In this document: piece after piece, positions 17,682 through 26,388 of the stretch | Position numbering within the stretch: the stretch's first letter is position 1 | Layout of the letters: each line of letters starts with the position of its first letter | Assembly: GCA_021372635.1 (NCBI GenBank) | Contig: JAJFUA010000443.1 | Location: 86 to 64,085, forward strand | Length of the DNA stretch: 64,000 bases | Direction of reading: 5' to 3' | DNA from: Desulfobacteraceae bacterium | GTDB taxonomy: Bacteria; Desulfobacterota; Syntrophobacteria; Syntrophobacterales; Syntrophobacteraceae | Program-made: the position numbers and the translations under genes | The notes under the pieces: generated by a model | The model's database searches: none | What the model was told of the DNA's origin: nothing | The model's input: only the letters and a program-made list of their open reading frames with translations

Positions 17682-19958
17682 ATGATGGAAAAGTACAGTA
17701 CCGGGATTTCCCGGGAAATGCACCTGACGCCGCAGCAGGTCGAGGCGACGGCGCGGCTTCTCGATGAAGGCGCAACGGTGCCGTTCATAGCCAGGTATCG
17801 TAAAGAGGCCACGGGTTCTCTGGATGAAACGGTCATCGTGGCCATACGCGACCGGCTTGCCCAGTTGCGTGTTCTGGACAAGAGGCGCGAAGCGATCCTC
17901 AAGTCCCTCGAGGAACAGCAGAAACTGACGGATGAACTGAAGGCGGCTGTCGACGGGGCCGAAACGCTTGCCGCCCTTGAAGACATCTATCTTCCCTACC
18001 GGCCGAAACGGCGCACGAGAGCCACCGTGGCCAGGGAAAAAGGGTTGGAACCATTGGCCTCCCTCCTCATGAGCCAGCAGCCGGGAATTCTTCCGCAGTT
18101 CGAGGCTGCGCGTTTCATTGACGACGAAAAGGGCGTCGCTTCGCTGGAGGAAGCCCTCGCCGGTGCGCGCGACATCATCGCCGAATCGATCAGCGACGAC
18201 GCCTCCGCCCGCGCCGCGCTCAGGGATCTGTTCGCGAAGCGCGGGGTCATTCGCAGCCGCGCGGTCGCCGGCAAGGAAGCGGAAGGCAGCGTGTACCGTG
18301 ACTATTTCGAGTGGGAAGAACCGCTGAAGGAAGCGCCTTCTCACCGTGTCCTGGCCCTTTTTCGCGGGGAAAGAGAGGGATTCCTGGCGGTGCACATCGA
18401 CCCGCCCGAAGAAGAGGCTCATGCGCTGCTGGACGGACTGTTCGTCAAAGGGAGTTCTCCGGCTTCCGGCGAGGTGGGCATCGCGCTTCGAGACGGCTAC
18501 AAGCGGCTGCTGTCCCCTTCCATGGAGACGGAAACCCGGGCGATGGTCAAGGAGCGGGCCGATGCGGTCGCGATAAGGATATTTTCGGAAAACCTGCGCC
18601 ACCTGCTGATGGCTCCCGCCCTGGGGTCCAGGAAAGTCATGGCCGTCGATCCGGGCTTTCGCACCGGCTGCAAGGTGGTCTGCCTGGATCCGCAGGGGAA
18701 GCTGCTGCACAGGGAGACGATCTACCCTCACACGGGCGAGAAACAGGCGGCCCTGGCCAAAAGCCGTGTCACGGCTCTCGCCGCGTCGTTCGGCATCGAG
18801 GCGATTGCGATCGGTAACGGCACGGCGGGCAGAGAGACGGAGACGTTCGTTCGTGAGGCGGGTCTTGGGGGCGACATCCAGGTGGTGTCGGTGGATGAGA
18901 GCGGAGCCTCGGTCTATTCCGCGTCCGCGGTCGCGCGCGAGGAATTTCCCGAGGAGGACGTGACCATACGCGGCGCCGTCTCCATCGGCAGGCGCCTTAT
19001 GGATCCGCTTGCCGAACTGGTGAAAATCGACCCGAAGTCCATCGGGGTGGGGCAGTATCAGCACGACATCGACCAGAAGGAACTCAAGAAGAGCCTCGAC
19101 GATACGGTGACGAGCTGTGTGAACGCCGTAGGAGTGGAACTGAACACGGCGAGCGCGCAGCTCATGTCGTACGTGTCGGGCCTGGGGCCGCAACTCGCCA
19201 GGAACATAACCGCCTACCGAGATGCCAACGGCCCGTTCGCCGGCCGGGCAGGGCTCAAGAAGGTCCCCCGTCTCGGGCCGAAGGCGTTTGAGCAGGCCGC
19301 CGGATTTCTTCGCATCCGAAACGGGACCGATCCGCTGGATGCCAGCGCAGTCCACCCGGAATCGTATCCCATCGTGGAATCCATGGCGAAGGACAACGGC
19401 TGCACCGTCGCGGACCTGATGCGTGAGGCGGGCCTCAGGGAACGGATCGATCTTTCGAAATACGTCACTGAAAAAACAGGACTTCCAACACTCAGGGACA
19501 TCATGCAGGAGCTTGCCAAACCGGGCAGGGACCCGCGGGAAAGCTTCGATCCGTTTTCCTACGCATCCGGAATCGAAAAAATCGAAGATCTCAGGACCGG
19601 AATGCGACTGCCGGGTATCGTGACGAACGTGACGGCGTTCGGGGCCTTCGTCGACATTGGCGTCCACAGGGACGGCCTGGTGCACGTGAGCGAACTTTCG
19701 GACCATTTCGTGAAAGATCCCCAGGAAATGATACGGGTGCGGCAGAGAGTCACGGTGACGGTGACGGAAGTCGATCTGGACAGGAAGAGGATTTCGCTTT
19801 CCATGAAAACGCCCGGGGGGCCCCAGGTTAAAAAGTCTGAAGCTCCGAAAGGCGCCGGGGATGCGAAGCGCCCGGAAAAGCGGGCACAGGCGAAGGAAAA
19901 AGAGAGGAAAGCCTTCAACAATCCCTTCGCGGAAGCGCTGAAGGGAAGAAGAAAATGA
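17682..19958 (+). CDS. tex: Tex-like transcription accessory protein (S1 RNA-binding domain)
   Basis: It has EGATVPFIARYRKEATG near the N-terminus, a YqgF/HhH middle region, and a C-terminal S1 domain (GIVTNVTAFGAFVDIGVHRDGLVHVSEL). Confidence 0.9.
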   Translation: MMEKYSTGISREMHLTPQQVEATARLLDEGATVPFIARYRKEATGSLDETVIVAIRDRLAQLRVLDKRREAILKSLEEQQKLTDELKAAVDGAETLAALEDIYLPYRPKRRTRATVAREKGLEPLASLLMSQQPGILPQFEAARFIDDEKGVASLEEALAGARDIIAESISDDASARAALRDLFAKRGVIRSRAVAGKEAEGSVYRDYFEWEEPLKEAPSHRVLALFRGEREGFLAVHIDPPEEEAHALLDGLFVKGSSPASGEVGIALRDGYKRLLSPSMETETRAMVKERADAVAIRIFSENLRHLLMAPALGSRKVMAVDPGFRTGCKVVCLDPQGKLLHRETIYPHTGEKQAALAKSRVTALAASFGIEAIAIGNGTAGRETETFVREAGLGGDIQVVSVDESGASVYSASAVAREEFPEEDVTIRGAVSIGRRLMDPLAELVKIDPKSIGVGQYQHDIDQKELKKSLDDTVTSCVNAVGVELNTASAQLMSYVSGLGPQLARNITAYRDANGPFAGRAGLKKVPRLGPKAFEQAAGFLRIRNGTDPLDASAVHPESYPIVESMAKDNGCTVADLMREAGLRERIDLSKYVTEKTGLPTLRDIMQELAKPGRDPRESFDPFSYASGIEKIEDLRTGMRLPGIVTNVTAFGAFVDIGVHRDGLVHVSELSDHFVKDPQEMIRVRQRVTVTVTEVDLDRKRISLSMKTPGGPQVKKSEAPKGAGDAKRPEKRAQAKEKERKAFNNPFAEALKGRRK

Positions 19959-19965
19959 AAAATCT

Positions 19966-20862
19966 ATGATCCGTATCGGTGTGGACCTCGGCGGAACGAA
20001 AATCGAGGCGATCGCCATGGATGGCGCGGGAGTGGTAAGGGCGCGCAGCAGGTTGCCTACCCCGAGGGACGGCTATGCGGCCATCATGGAGGCAATCGCC
20101 GGCCTCGTCCATGCGGTGGAGGGAGAGGCCGGCGGCCGGGGAACCGTCGGCATCGGCACTCCGGGCGCAATTTCCCGGGCAAGCGGATTGCTGAAGAATT
20201 CCAATTCAACCTGCCTGAACGGAAAGCCGGTCTTGCAGGACCTCCAGGAGAAGCTCGAGCGCGAGGTGCGTATCAGCAACGATGCGAACTGCTTTGCGCT
20301 TTCGGAAGCGAGGGACGGTGCCGCCGCGGGCGCCGGGGTTGTCTTCGGCGTGATCGTGGGAACCGGCACGGGCGCAGGCGTGGTGGTTCACGGCAGGGCG
20401 CTGGACGGGATCAACGGAATTGCCGGGGAATGGGGGCACAATCCGCTTCCGTGGCCGAAGGACGAGGAACGCCCCGGCCCGGCGTGCTACTGCGGGAAAT
20501 ACGGTTGTGTGGAAACGTTTCTGTCCGGACCGGGGATGAGCGCCAGTTACCGGAGGCTGGCCGGGAAGTCGGTCGAACCCGCGGAAATCGTGGTGCGGGC
20601 CGAGCAGGGCCACAGCCTCTGCGAAAGAGTGGTGCTGGACTATGAAGACCGCATGGCGCGGGCGCTCGCACACGTCATCAACATCCTGGACCCGGACGCA
20701 ATCGTGCTGGGTGGCGGCATGTCCAACATCCGCAGGCTGTACGAAGAGGTGCCGAAGCTTTGGAGCCGGTATGTGTTTTCCGACCGGGTGGATACGCGGC
20801 TGCTGCCGCCCAGGCACGGCGATTCGAGCGGAGTGCGCGGAGCGGCCTGGCTTTGGGGCTGA
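19966..20862 (+). CDS. ROK-family sugar kinase (fructokinase/N-acetylglucosamine-kinase-like)
   Basis: It has the N-terminal IGVDLGGTK, the zinc motif CYCGKYGCVETFLSG and ILDPDAIVLGGG. Confidence 0.85.
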   Translation: MIRIGVDLGGTKIEAIAMDGAGVVRARSRLPTPRDGYAAIMEAIAGLVHAVEGEAGGRGTVGIGTPGAISRASGLLKNSNSTCLNGKPVLQDLQEKLEREVRISNDANCFALSEARDGAAAGAGVVFGVIVGTGTGAGVVVHGRALDGINGIAGEWGHNPLPWPKDEERPGPACYCGKYGCVETFLSGPGMSASYRRLAGKSVEPAEIVVRAEQGHSLCERVVLDYEDRMARALAHVINILDPDAIVLGGGMSNIRRLYEEVPKLWSRYVFSDRVDTRLLPPRHGDSSGVRGAAWLWG

Positions 20863-21119
20863 CCGTCGGAGGCGCCGGATGGACTGTCGGGGGAAATTTG
20901 CTCTGCGGGATGGCTCCGGAAAAAGTCCCCAAAAAAGAGAAAACCGATCGGAGGGGCGGTCCGAATCGGCTCTCTGAGGAGGAAAGAGTTTCTTTTTTCT
21001 CTTGCTTGCCTATTAACTAGAGCAACTTTGATGCCAACCCGGGATAAAATCATAAGTTACCTTATTTATTATTAAATGTGGTTTGGCTATCTTTCGGCGG
21101 AATTTTTGTTTCCAGACAT

Positions 21120-21190
21120 AATCCCGCCATAATCCACGCAATCACGCCATGAACCTTCGAATCGCGCCATTCGACGGCAAAACCCGCCAT
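21120..21190. repeat. Four direct copies of AAWCNCGCCAT with exact 20-bp phasing (iteron-like)
   Basis: The copies are AATCCCGCCAT (21120), AATCACGCCAT (21140), AATCGCGCCAT (21160) and AAACCCGCCAT (21180). An inverted near-copy, GGCGGAATT, is at 21096-21104. Confidence 0.7.
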
Positions 21191-21310
21191 CCGGTTTGAT
21201 TCCTTTCCTGCCGGCAGCGGTCGAACTGATCATGGGGCGCTGCGCAAGAGTTCTGCATGCAGTGCGGGCAATTGCCCGCGGCCCGCGGAAGACTCTGCGG
21301 CATCGCTGCG

Positions 21311-21370
21311 GATGAAAAAGCCGGGGAAAAAGGATGGGCGGCCATGCACGCCCGGCCGGGCATGCATGGC
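21311..21370 (-). terminator. Terminator of the helicase gene
   Basis: A 15-bp inverted repeat with one mismatch, GCCATGCACGCCCGG|CCGGGCATGCATGGC, spans 21341-21370. On the minus strand it is followed by CTTTTTCCCCGGCTTTTTC. Confidence 0.55.
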
Positions 21371-21381
21371 GGTGGGCTGAT

Positions 21382-23256
21382 TCAGCCGAGGAGCGATCCC
21401 GGGATTTCGTCCAGAAACCTGCTGGGCACCATCATCTCCCCGCGGCGCCTCGACGAGCAGGTAAGGTGGAGATGGTCGGAGGCGCGCGTCATGGCCACGT
21501 ACATCAGGCGACGCTCCTCTTCGATGCCCCGGTCGTTTTCCAGGTCGGTGTCCATGTTGTAGGATCTCTGGTGAGGGAGAATCCCTTCCTCCAGGGCAAC
21601 CACGAAGACGACCTTGAATTCGAGGCCCTTGGCGGCGTGAATGGTGGAGAGCCTCATGCCGCTCTTCTTTTCCGACTGGTCCTGATCGTCGCGGATGAGT
21701 GCCGCATCCTCGAGGTAATCGGGAATGGACCGTTTATGTGAAGCGTCGTAGATCATCTGCTTGATGTTTTCCAGCCTGGCTTCGAGGTCTTCTCCGCTTT
21801 CGGAAAAGGACTCCAGGTAGTCCGCATAGTTCATTTCCTCCACGACCCTGTGGATTGCGGCGTCTGGTTTTTCCAGCGAAATGGAAGCGAGAAAATCGAG
21901 CAGATTCCCGATCTGGGCGGCCGATTTTTTCGGGATGATCCTGGCTTCGATCGCTTTCCTGCATGCATCCTGCAAGGACATCTCCCTGCTGCGGCATCCG
22001 AAGATCTTGTTCATCGCGCCCGGACCGATGCCGCGCCTCGGAACGTTGATGATGCGTTCGAAAGAGATGTCGTCCACCGGGTTCACGGCACAGATGAGGT
22101 AAGAATTGATGTCCTGGACTTCTCTTCTCAGAAAGAAACCCTGTGCGCCGACCATGGTATAGGGGATATGGGCGGCGCGCAGTGCGCGCTCGAAGGGCAG
22201 GGAAGTGAATTTCGTACGGTAGAGGATAGCGATCTGTTCGATGGGGATTTTCTTGTAGTTGACGTACTGCCAGCATTTTTCCGCCACCCATTTGGCTTCG
22301 GCGTCTTCGTCGGGCAATTCCCGAAAGAGGATGCGCTCCCCCTCCCGGTCGCTGAAACAGGTCTTTTCGATGCGCCGGGAATTATTGGCGATGAGTGCGT
22401 CGGAAGCGGTAACGATCTGCGAGGTGGACCGATAATTCTGTTCCAGCCTGAAGATTTTTGCGCCTTCGTATTTTTCCGGAAAATTGATGAAATGGAACGG
22501 GTCCGCGCCGCGGAATCCGTAGATGCTCTGATAGTCGTCGCCCACCACGGTGAGATTCCCGTTGCGGACGAGCAGATCGACGATCTGGTTCTGAATGTCG
22601 TTTGAATCCTGAAATTCGTCAATGAGAATGTAGTCGAAAGCTTCCTGGTACTGTTTCCGGATATCGGGAAACCTGCCGAGAAGATCGCGCGTGAGCAGCA
22701 GGATGTCGTCGAAATCGACGGAATTGTTCTGTGCGAGCATTTCGTTGTACAGCCGGTAGATCTCCAGCTTCCTGGGGAGCTTTCCGTTCTGGCTGACGTA
22801 TTTCTGCGGATCTCCGGAATTCTTCGCATAGGAAACCATGCCGATGGCCGCGTACAGGTATTTCTGATCGAGATCGAGTTCGCCGAGGACTTTTTTCATA
22901 TGCGTCCGCTGCTGGGAATCGTCGTGGATGAGCAGCGGTTTCCGGTATCCGAGGAGTTCGCAGTGATCCTTGAGGATTCTGAAGCAGGCGCTATGGAAGG
23001 TTCTCACCCACGGAAACTGGTCCATGGGCTTCCCCGTGGCTATTTCGAGCCGCTGCTTCATCTCCGAGGCGGCCTTGTTCGTGAAGGTGATGGCAAGAAT
23101 TTTTGCAGGATCGTAGCCGAGTTGCTTTACGAGATAGGCGATCTTGCTCGTAAGGGTCCGTGTCTTGCCGCTGCCTGCGCCGGCGGTGACGATCGTGGGG
23201 CTGGAAACATAGCAGACGGCTGCCTGCTGGGACGGTGACAAAGGTGTCTGGGACAT
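21382..23256 (-). CDS. UvrD/PcrA/Rep-family SF1 DNA helicase (short, about 624 aa)
   Basis: It has Walker A AGAGSGKT, motif II LIDEFQDSN and C-terminal helicase motifs (TIHAAKGLEF, YVAMTRA). ATG 23256 (MSQTPL) is preceded by AGGAG. Confidence 0.85.
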   Translation of the reverse strand: MSQTPLSPSQQAAVCYVSSPTIVTAGAGSGKTRTLTSKIAYLVKQLGYDPAKILAITFTNKAASEMKQRLEIATGKPMDQFPWVRTFHSACFRILKDHCELLGYRKPLLIHDDSQQRTHMKKVLGELDLDQKYLYAAIGMVSYAKNSGDPQKYVSQNGKLPRKLEIYRLYNEMLAQNNSVDFDDILLLTRDLLGRFPDIRKQYQEAFDYILIDEFQDSNDIQNQIVDLLVRNGNLTVVGDDYQSIYGFRGADPFHFINFPEKYEGAKIFRLEQNYRSTSQIVTASDALIANNSRRIEKTCFSDREGERILFRELPDEDAEAKWVAEKCWQYVNYKKIPIEQIAILYRTKFTSLPFERALRAAHIPYTMVGAQGFFLRREVQDINSYLICAVNPVDDISFERIINVPRRGIGPGAMNKIFGCRSREMSLQDACRKAIEARIIPKKSAAQIGNLLDFLASISLEKPDAAIHRVVEEMNYADYLESFSESGEDLEARLENIKQMIYDASHKRSIPDYLEDAALIRDDQDQSEKKSGMRLSTIHAAKGLEFKVVFVVALEEGILPHQRSYNMDTDLENDRGIEEERRLMYVAMTRASDHLHLTCSSRRRGEMMVPSRFLDEIPGSLLG

Positions 23257-23564
23257 GCTGACTCCTGGTGGTTGACTATTTGAACGCGACGTACAGGGCG
23301 AGGACAATATTCCAACCGAGTCCCGCTATCAAGGGGAAATGGAAACGCCTGGCCGCGATACCTTTATTATATTCGAAGTATCCGTCCGAAACAGCATGGC
23401 GTGACGGGGAGAAGACCCGTTGCGCTTATAGGCGTGCTGCCGTTCGCGTGCCGAAACTCGTGGAGAAATCGTTCCCCATGGGATAACATAGCCGGAGAGC
23501 ATGGATGGGGAAAGGTTGGAAATGCCTGTGCCTCCGGTACGGAAGGGAAAGGGAAGTGGTCCGC

Positions 23565-24593
23565 ATGAACGAAAGAAGGTTGCCGGCCGAGTGGGAAAAA
23601 CAGGACGGCGTGCTGCTGGCGTGGCCTCATGAAGGGACGGACTGGCGGCCGGACCTGGACAGGGTGGAGCCGGTTTTTGCCGAGATCGTCAGGCAGATCA
23701 GCCTGTACGAGCGGGTGATCGTCGCAGCGCCCGATATCGGCCGGGTCGGCAGGAAGCTGAACGAAGCGGGTGTGGCGAGGGACCGTGTCGCATTGTTCTC
23801 CGTGGAGACCAACGACACGTGGACGAGAGACTTCGGGCCGATCACCGTCATGCATGGTCGTGACCCCATTCTGCTGGATTTCGCTTTCAACGGCTGGGGG
23901 CTGAAATTTCCCGCCTGCCTGGACAACCGTGTGACCCGTCGATTGCATTGCGAGGGGGCGTTCGGCTGCGCCGCGCTGGAGACGGTCGGGCTTGTGCTCG
24001 AAGGAGGCAGCATCGAAAGCGACGGCAGGGGAACCATCCTCACGACGGCCGAGTGCCTGCTGGGGCCGAACCGCAATCCGCATCTTACGCGGCGGGACCT
24101 GGAGGCGGCGCTCGGCGGCATCTTCGGCGCGGACCGTTTTCACTGGCTGGAAAACGGACTGCTCGCCGGGGACGACACCGACGGGCACATAGACACTCTG
24201 GCCCGCTTTGGACCCGATGACACCATCGTGCACGTTTCCTGCGACGACAGGGCGGACGAACATTACGATTCCATAGGCGCGATGGTGGAAGAACTGGGAC
24301 GGCTCAGATCCCGCCGGGGCGAGCCCTACCGCCTGATCCCGCTTCCGTGGCCAGGTCCCAGGTTCGACGGGGACGGAAACAGGCTCCCGGCGACGTATGC
24401 CAATTTTCTCGTGATCAACGGCGCAGTCCTGGTGCCGACTTACAGGGACGAAAAGGATGCGGCCGCACTGCAAGCCGTCGGTCGTGTCTTTCCGGACCGC
24501 AGGATTGTCGGTGTCGACTGCCTGCCGCTCATTTTGCAGCATGGATCGCTTCACTGCGTAACCATGCAACTGCCCAAAGGAACGCTGCCATGA
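23565..24593 (+). CDS. aguA: Agmatine deiminase
   Basis: It has LPAEWEKQDGVLLAWPH, TWTRDFGP and the catalytic-Cys context GSLHCVTMQ. Its stop overlaps the aguB ATG. Confidence 0.9.
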   Translation: MNERRLPAEWEKQDGVLLAWPHEGTDWRPDLDRVEPVFAEIVRQISLYERVIVAAPDIGRVGRKLNEAGVARDRVALFSVETNDTWTRDFGPITVMHGRDPILLDFAFNGWGLKFPACLDNRVTRRLHCEGAFGCAALETVGLVLEGGSIESDGRGTILTTAECLLGPNRNPHLTRRDLEAALGGIFGADRFHWLENGLLAGDDTDGHIDTLARFGPDDTIVHVSCDDRADEHYDSIGAMVEELGRLRSRRGEPYRLIPLPWPGPRFDGDGNRLPATYANFLVINGAVLVPTYRDEKDAAALQAVGRVFPDRRIVGVDCLPLILQHGSLHCVTMQLPKGTLP

Positions 24594-25483
24594 ACAGCTT
24601 GTCAGTGGGTCTCGTGCAGCATCGCTGCACGGCGGACAGGGAGGAAAACCTCGGGAGGGGCGCCGCGGGAATCCGGCGGGCGGCGGAAGGCGGGGCACAG
24701 CTTGCGGTTCTGCCCGAATTGCACGGCACCCCGTACTTTTGCCAGAGTGAATTCGTGGAGCATTTCGACCTTGCCGAACCGGTTCCGGGGCCGACTACGG
24801 AATGGCTCGGCGGGCTTGCCAGGCAATTGCGGATCGCGATCGTCGGGTCGGTTTTCGAACGGAGGGCTCCCGGTATCTACCACAATACCGCCGTGGTCAT
24901 CGATCGGGACGGATCTCTGGCCGGGCGGTACAGGAAGATGCACATCCCCGACGACCCGTCCTACTATGAAAAGTTCTATTTCACTCCCGGAGATCTGGGG
25001 TTCCAGCCCGTACAGACGTCCGTGGGAAAGTTGGGAGTCCTTGTCTGCTGGGACCAGTGGTACCCGGAGGCTGCGAGACTTATGGCCCTTGCCGGTGCGG
25101 AAATGCTGATCTATCCGACCGCCATCGGGTGGGACTCTGAAGAAAAGTCGGGAGACGAACGCAGGCGCCAGCTCGCGGCATGGCTTACCATCCAGCAGGG
25201 GCATGCGGTAGCCAACGGCCTTCCGGTGGTCGGCGTGAACCGGGTAGGTTTCGAATCGGCACAGGGCGGGGGCGACGAAGGTCCCGGGCAGATTTTCTGG
25301 GGGAACAGCTTTGTCGCGGGACCCCAGGGGGAAATCCTGGGCATGGCTTCCAACGACCGGGAGGAGACGCTGATCGTGCCCGTTGACGGGGCTCGGACCG
25401 AGGCGGTCCGGCGAATCTGGCCGTTTTTTAGGGACAGGCGCATCGATGCGTACCAGGATCTCCTGAAGCGGTTCATCGACTGA
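24590..25483 (+). CDS. aguB: N-carbamoylputrescine amidase (nitrilase superfamily)
   Basis: The contexts of the Glu-Lys-Cys triad are present: LPELHGTPYF, YRKMHIPD and LVCWDQWYPE. The start forms an ATGA overlap with aguA at 24590-24593. Confidence 0.9.
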   Translation: MNSLSVGLVQHRCTADREENLGRGAAGIRRAAEGGAQLAVLPELHGTPYFCQSEFVEHFDLAEPVPGPTTEWLGGLARQLRIAIVGSVFERRAPGIYHNTAVVIDRDGSLAGRYRKMHIPDDPSYYEKFYFTPGDLGFQPVQTSVGKLGVLVCWDQWYPEAARLMALAGAEMLIYPTAIGWDSEEKSGDERRRQLAAWLTIQQGHAVANGLPVVGVNRVGFESAQGGGDEGPGQIFWGNSFVAGPQGEILGMASNDREETLIVPVDGARTEAVRRIWPFFRDRRIDAYQDLLKRFID

Positions 25484-25486
25484 AAC

Positions 25487-25519
25487 GGCAGGCGTACAGC
25501 CAGGGACAGCACGCCTGCC
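25487..25519. terminator. Hairpin between convergent aguB and the cupin gene
   Basis: GGCAGGCGT (25487-25495) pairs with ACGCCTGCC (25511-25519) across a 15-nt loop. Confidence 0.4.
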
Positions 25520-25563
25520 CCTGCCTCCAGGCAGCCCTCATTGCGATTTCCGGCATGGTCGGT

Positions 25564-25884
25564 TCAGCGGTAGAACACCGCGAGCCAGACTGTCTTCACG
25601 TCGGGATCGGTCCATTCGACCCTGTGCCGCAGGTGGGCGGGAATGTTCACGGCGTCGCCGGGTTCGAGCCCGATGACTTCATCGGAGCCGTCGGTTCTGA
25701 GGGCGGCGCGTCCCTGCAGAAGAACCACCCATTCCGATTCGTCCTGATCGTACCAGAAGCCTTCAGGGCTCGCCTGCCCGGAAGAGACGATCCGCTCGAT
25801 GCGAACGCCTTTGGATGAAACGAGGGTCTCGAATATTTCCTCGGAAGAGTCCGGAAGATCGGAAAAGATATTCGTAATTTCCAT
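25564..25884 (-). CDS. Cupin-domain protein (106 aa)
   Basis: It has a single cupin beta-barrel pattern (WVVLLQGRA....G....L.PGD...IPA...HRV). Confidence 0.8.
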   Translation of the reverse strand: MEITNIFSDLPDSSEEIFETLVSSKGVRIERIVSSGQASPEGFWYDQDESEWVVLLQGRAALRTDGSDEVIGLEPGDAVNIPAHLRHRVEWTDPDVKTVWLAVFYR

Positions 25885-26388
25885 GAATGTGCCCCTCAGC
25901 CTGTGCCGTCTCTATAAGAGCCGCTACGGCGGATTTTGCTCCCGGATGCCGATCACCCGACAAGGGCAATGCAGGCAATTCTCCAGATTCACTCTACGTG
26001 CGTGGACGGGCAGTAGAGTAGAACGCCGTTTTCGGCGACGATGGTATCGTATTAATCGACGCGTGCAAACACGGAATGCAGCTTATCGAGGCCCTGCCCG
26101 GTCACCGGGATGGAGTTCCCCGCCCTTGTCTTCTTTTTCGTGATGGCCCGGAATGTGCGGGAATGGTTTCCGAGCTCCAATGCAACAGTCTGGCGGTGCC
26201 TCCTGCGAAACGTCACTGATGGCGGATCGGTGACGGTGCAGGCAGGGCACTGACGGAGAGTGCGGCTTCTGCAATGAGTGCGCCCTGTTCGATTCTTTGT
26301 TGTGGTTCCCGGCCTTTTCGTTTTATGCTGCGCCGGGTATGATTGGCGGCCGGCTTGAACCCGATAATTCTTGAAAGAAGTTGCCCAT

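Noticed and set aside
17430-20018. An 862-aa minus-strand ORF opposite tex. The same pattern occurs at 2315..3580(-) opposite proS, 10691..12049(-) opposite the acyl-CoA dehydrogenase, 26881..28560(-) opposite the sensor kinase, 23367..24698(-) opposite aguA/aguB, 8247..9398(-) opposite the ParB-like gene and 35943..37133(-) opposite DUF362.
   Set aside because: Each lies antisense to a gene with strong family motifs. Each has Arg/Gly/Pro/His-rich low-complexity translations and no RBS. These are classic high-GC antisense open frames.
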